Below, piece by piece: positions 56,335 to 59,979 of a stretch of DNA of 59,979 nt (position 1 is the stretch's first letter; the number at the start of each line of letters is the position of its first letter). The stretch covers positions 1 through 59,979 of the forward strand of contig CAZFZX010000006.1 of assembly GCA_964523765.1 (NCBI GenBank), written 5' to 3'. The stretch is from an uncultured Enterobacteriaceae bacterium. Its GTDB lineage: Bacteria > Pseudomonadota > Gammaproteobacteria > Ga0077536. A model generated the notes under the pieces. The model ran no database searches. It had not been told where the DNA came from and was given only the letters and a program-made list of their open reading frames with translations. The translations under genes were made by a program, and so were the position numbers.

Positions 56335-56859
56335 TCATTCGCGCGGATAGCGCCAGGTATCGGCAGGCTGTGCCGCCGTTTCGTCGATCGTCCACTGCGG
56401 CAGCGCGAACCCTTCGGCGACATCGACGAACACCATGCGTACTCGGGTGCCGATCCCTACCTGCCGGATGACTTCCGGCGTGGCGAATTGGCCGTCCGGC
56501 ATCACGAGGTTGCCGCCGACGCGCAGCGCCTCGTGTTCGCTCGGCCGCGCTTTCTGTTCGTCCAAATCAACGAGCAGGATCAGATACGGCACCTTGTCTT
56601 TGAATGCCGGTTGAATGGCATGATGTACTTCGCCGTAGGAGTGCACCGTGCCCTTACCTTCGACCGCAACCCACTCGCACTCGCGCTCACCGGTCCACGG
56701 GCAGGCGGTGGTCGGCGGATAACGCAACAGACCGCTTTTCACACCGCGCTGCAGCCGAAATTCGCCGGCCGCGCAATACTTGAAGAAATCGCGGTTCTCG
56801 CCGTCGAGATCGTCGACCGTGAGCAACATTCCCATGTATTCACCTTGCGTTGGCATCAT
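56335..56859 (-). CDS. DUF35-type Zn-ribbon/OB-fold protein (thiolase partner)
   Basis: The real start is ATG 56859 or 56856, just after the thiolase stop, with GGGAG overlapping it. FFKYCAAGEFRLQRGVKSGLLRYPPTTACPW...VEGKGTVHSYGEV...YLILLVDLDE.... Confidence 0.75.
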   Translation of the reverse strand: MMPTQGEYMGMLLTVDDLDGENRDFFKYCAAGEFRLQRGVKSGLLRYPPTTACPWTGERECEWVAVEGKGTVHSYGEVHHAIQPAFKDKVPYLILLVDLDEQKARPSEHEALRVGGNLVMPDGQFATPEVIRQVGIGTRVRMVFVDVAEGFALPQWTIDETAAQPADTWRYPRE

Positions 56860-56867
56860 CGCACTCC

Positions 56868-58142
56868 CTATCGATGGTCTTTGGCCATCACCACCGCGGA
56901 GCCCGCGCCGGGGTGTGCCCAGCCGAGATTCGCGCTGAGCTCGACCTGTTTGATTTGGCGGCACCCGCCTTCGGCATAATCGTAGGTGTGCTGCCGGCGA
57001 CCATCCGTCCCGGGCGGACAGGAATCGTCGATTTCGCCGCGCAGTTGCCGGACGTTTTCGATCACCATGCTCATGCCGTGGGTATAGCCTTCGCACAGGT
57101 GGCCACCCGATGTGTTGTTGGGCCGCTTGCCGCCGAGTTCGATGGTCCCGTTCGACACGTAATCGCCGCCTTCTCCTTTCGCGCAAAAGCCATAGTCTTC
57201 CAGCTGCATCATGGTCGTGAAGGTAAAAGCGTCGTAGGAACCGGTGACGTCGATGTCTTCCGGCCCGACGCCCGCATTGGGCCACAGGATGTCGCGCGCA
57301 TAGACGCCGGCAACCGTCGAGATGGGACCGGCCTGATAATGCAGATGAATATCGCCGTGCGATTTGCATACTCGACCAGCAACCGACTGGATCACCGCCG
57401 GTGGGCGCGGGCAGTCGCGAGCGCGGTCGATACGCGTGACGATGACGCAGGTAGCGTTGTCGGTCTCGACACAGCAATCGAGCAAATGTAGCGGCTTGCA
57501 GATGATCCGAGAATTGATCACGTCATCGATGCTATAACGCCGCTTGTAGTAAGCCTTCGGATTGTTCGAAGCGTGCCTGCTGTGCGCGACTTTAACCGCC
57601 GCTACTTGCTCGGGCGTCGTCCCATATTCGTACATGTGCCGCATGAACGACGGTGCGAAGAGTTGGCCCGCGCTTTGCCAGCCGTAGGCGCGATGATGGA
57701 TCTGATCGCCGATTATGGGTGCGGCCGATCGGGCACCGGTGCCGCCGATGCGTACCTGCGAATAACCGTTCATCGCGCGATAGATCGCCACCGTTTTGCA
57801 CATCCCGGCCTCAATGACCCCGATAGCGATCCCTATCAGGCACTCCGTCGAAGAACCGCCGCCGAAGATATCCGTATAGAAGTTCAGACGGATCCCCAAA
57901 TCGGTCGCGACGTGCGGCGCGAACGTGGAATCGTTCAAGGAATAACTCAACATACCGTCGATGTCGCCGGCAGTCATGCCGGCATCCGCGATTGCGTTGC
58001 CTACCGCCCAGCTCGCGAGCGACCGGGTGGTTTGGTCGGAGCCGCGGCGATAGCTGGTTTCGCCGACGCCACATATCGCGTATTTACCGCGCAAATGGCG
58101 CGGCGACGATGCGTCTACTTCGCTGGTGCTAGACAGCGTCAT
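56868..58142 (-). CDS. thiolase-like protein of the SCP-x / lipid-transfer (Ltp) type
   Basis: YAICGVGETSY...GGGSSTEC...NPKAYY...LLDCCVETDNATCVIV...NTSGGHLCEGYTHGM. It has the typical pairing with a downstream DUF35 gene. Confidence 0.8.
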   Translation of the reverse strand: MTLSSTSEVDASSPRHLRGKYAICGVGETSYRRGSDQTTRSLASWAVGNAIADAGMTAGDIDGMLSYSLNDSTFAPHVATDLGIRLNFYTDIFGGGSSTECLIGIAIGVIEAGMCKTVAIYRAMNGYSQVRIGGTGARSAAPIIGDQIHHRAYGWQSAGQLFAPSFMRHMYEYGTTPEQVAAVKVAHSRHASNNPKAYYKRRYSIDDVINSRIICKPLHLLDCCVETDNATCVIVTRIDRARDCPRPPAVIQSVAGRVCKSHGDIHLHYQAGPISTVAGVYARDILWPNAGVGPEDIDVTGSYDAFTFTTMMQLEDYGFCAKGEGGDYVSNGTIELGGKRPNNTSGGHLCEGYTHGMSMVIENVRQLRGEIDDSCPPGTDGRRQHTYDYAEGGCRQIKQVELSANLGWAHPGAGSAVVMAKDHR

Positions 58143-58299
58143 CGGTGTTCTCCCGGAAACGTTTCTCCGGCCATTCTACCCATATGATGGCCGCAACGCG
58201 CCCCGGCGGGCGTTCGCGGCTCCGGTCAGTTTGTTAGAATTCTCGAACCTCAGCGACGATGACACGGGAGCACGAAGATGGCAGGAAACTAACGACAGC

Positions 58300-59070
58300 G
58301 TGCGGGTCGAAGACCACGGCCGGGTCCGACTACTCACTATCGATCGACCCGATGCCTTGAACGCGATGAACAATACCGTGTTCGCCGGGATTGGAGATGC
58401 GTTGGCGGCAGCACGGACCGCCGAGGCAACGGCGGTGGTCGTGATCACCGGCACCGGGAGAGCTTTTTCGGCCGGGCAGGACCTGGCGGAGATGCAGGCC
58501 GGATTGGCGGTAGACGGCGAACACCAGTTTCCGCGGATGTTGGAACAGCTCACGAGTTTCAACAAACCATTGATCGCCGCAGTGAACGGATTGGCGATCG
58601 GTATCGGAATGACCATGCTCGCCCACTGCGACCTCGTGTTCATGGCCGCCGACGCCAGACTCAAGACTCCCTTCCCGCAATTGGGTCTTGCCCCCGAAGC
58701 GGGAAGCAGCTACACCTTCATTCAGCGCATGGGCTGGCAGAACGCGGCCTACACCCTGATGTCAGGCCGCTGGTTCAGCGCCGCCCAATACCACGAAATG
58801 GGTTTGGCGTGGCGGGTCACCGAACCCGAGGATCTGTTACCGGAAGCGATGACCGTAGCCGAGGAACTTGCCGCGAATCCGATACCGTCACTCATCGCGA
58901 CCAAGGAACTCCTACTCGGCAGCAGCGGACGACCAACCGACGCTTGGGCCGCGCATGAGCGAGAGATCGCCGCCTACGGCCATTTACTCGGTGCCGCGGC
59001 CAATCAAGAAGCCGTAGCCGCGTTCATCGAGAAACGAGAACCGGATTTCACCCGGATCCCCGGTATTTGA
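58300..59070 (+). CDS. enoyl-CoA hydratase/isomerase family protein
   Basis: VRLLTIDRPDALNAM...VVITGTGRAFSAGQDL...AVNGLAIGIGMTMLAHCDL. There is no in-frame ATG; GTG 58300 was chosen, with TTG 58231 as the alternative, so the start is uncertain. Confidence 0.7.
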   Translation: MRVEDHGRVRLLTIDRPDALNAMNNTVFAGIGDALAAARTAEATAVVVITGTGRAFSAGQDLAEMQAGLAVDGEHQFPRMLEQLTSFNKPLIAAVNGLAIGIGMTMLAHCDLVFMAADARLKTPFPQLGLAPEAGSSYTFIQRMGWQNAAYTLMSGRWFSAAQYHEMGLAWRVTEPEDLLPEAMTVAEELAANPIPSLIATKELLLGSSGRPTDAWAAHEREIAAYGHLLGAAANQEAVAAFIEKREPDFTRIPGI

Positions 59071-59617
59071 AACGGTCGGAAGTGCGCCGGGAGGACAAAC
59101 CCGCAGTTCAGAACGCGCACGCAACGGGGACCACTATACGGGCGGTTGGCAAAACCGTGCACGTCCGTAAAGCCGCCCCGCGAGAGTCATGTCAGCAAGT
59201 TATCTCGGACGCATTAGAAATCCCACATCATCCGGGTAAAACGGAGAAGACGATCCTCTAGAAAAACTCACAAACCCGACCGTGTAGTGCCATAACGACT
59301 TTTTCAAATTCCAATCTATTGGATTCTAAACAACTTGTTGGTTCGTGATGTTGAAGATGGGCTGGCCGATATCGACCAGATCATCGATACGGAACTGGCC
59401 CGCATTCGTTTGGACCGGCAGCCTGGAATTCCGTTAAGACCCTGGCCAAGGCTGCACCATGCGACCGCCGCCGCTCCGAGTTGAGTACTGTGTCCCCGGA
59501 ATTCCACTATCTCCCCACTCAATGTCACAAAATGGCATCTCTTTTCGTCTACTGTTTCAAAGATCAAAATAGCAACCGCTTTGTCCAAAAGACACGGTTG
59601 AAACAAAGGTGAAACAA

Positions 59618-59979
59618 ATGGACGACAATTCAGAAAATAAAGTAACGATTATCGGCGGTGGGGTAGCTGGGCTAACGGCCGCTATCTTTCTAGCTCAAAA
59701 TGGCGGACATGTCACCCTATATGAGCAAGGAAAAAAGCTGGGCGGCCGAGCGAAAACAACTAACAAAGATGGCGTTTTATTCAACATGGGTGCGCATGCC
59801 CTCTATGTCGGTGGAGCGGCCGATAAAACGTTCCAAGAAGTAGGTATTAAGCTCAGCGGCAAACGGCCGGTTTTCGCCAAATCTATCGGTGTTCGTGATG
59901 GTCGAGATCATATCTTGCCCGGGACACCGGCCGAGCTTTTCAAAACCGATCTCATCAACTTTAAAGAAAAAATCAATCT
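59618..59979 (+). CDS. FAD/NAD(P)-binding oxidoreductase (phytoene-desaturase/amine-oxidase-like), N-terminal 120 aa; runs off the right edge
   Basis: Absent from the ORF track. It reads MDDNSENKVTIIGGGVAGLTAAIFLAQNGGHVTLYEQGKKLGGRA... (GxGxxG dinucleotide fold plus the GGR motif). AAAGGTGA lies upstream. The region is visibly more AT-rich than the rest of the window. Confidence 0.6.
   Translation, partial: MDDNSENKVTIIGGGVAGLTAAIFLAQNGGHVTLYEQGKKLGGRAKTTNKDGVLFNMGAHALYVGGAADKTFQEVGIKLSGKRPVFAKSIGVRDGRDHILPGTPAELFKTDLINFKEKIN

Noticed and set aside
56860-57477. The N-terminal 206 aa of ORF 56335..57477, which would make the DUF35 protein 380 aa long.
   Set aside because: This part overlaps the thiolase-like gene out of frame and is extremely Arg-rich. 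The DUF35-like sequence begins at MMPTQGEY (ATG 56859), right after the thiolase stop and with its own RBS.
59316-59606. ORF 59316..59606(-) of 96 aa, and ORF 59067..59261(+) of 64 aa.
   Set aside because: Neither has an RBS, motifs or plausible composition. They lie in the AT-richer spacer region.

Overview
This is a GC-rich, densely coding bacterial window that looks proteobacterial and probably comes from an environmental or marine heterotroph. All family calls come from motifs read by eye in the supplied translations; no searches were run. I saw no rRNA, tRNA, CRISPR array, transposase or integrase.

About 55 plausible genes form a paralog-rich catabolic region:
- 4 glutathione S-transferases, 4 crotonase-type enoyl-CoA hydratases and 2 family-III CoA-transferases
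- 2 luciferase-like monooxygenases, 3 SDRs and 2 SMP-30-type beta-propellers
- a thiolase-like/DUF35 pair, an orphan acyl-CoA carboxyltransferase and a TPP enzyme
- a three-subunit xanthine-dehydrogenase-family molybdoenzyme
- a three-subunit acetone-carboxylase-like ATP-dependent carboxylase

The less ordinary items are:
1. A translationally coupled DUF1538 membrane protein plus two PII-like proteins, sitting behind a TARG1-type macro-domain gene and next to an FNR-type regulator and a c-type cytochrome (35054-38164). This is the best candidate for an uncharacterised system.
2. An RND/MMPL-type exporter fused to a C-terminal cyclic-nucleotide-binding domain, preceded by a frameshifted LolA-like gene (49720-53236).
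3. A single 959-aa ACP / fatty-acyl-AMP-ligase / TM / PlsC-acyltransferase fusion (39943-42822).
4. A secreted FecR-domain protein with a receiver-like/Hanks-kinase fusion (14066-16217).
5. A modular, nested-palindromic MITE-like repeat family with five copies. Two inverted copies bracket a truncated UbiD gene and an orphan TorD-like chaperone.

Many long ORFs in the track are antisense shadow ORFs typical of high-GC DNA and were not called.
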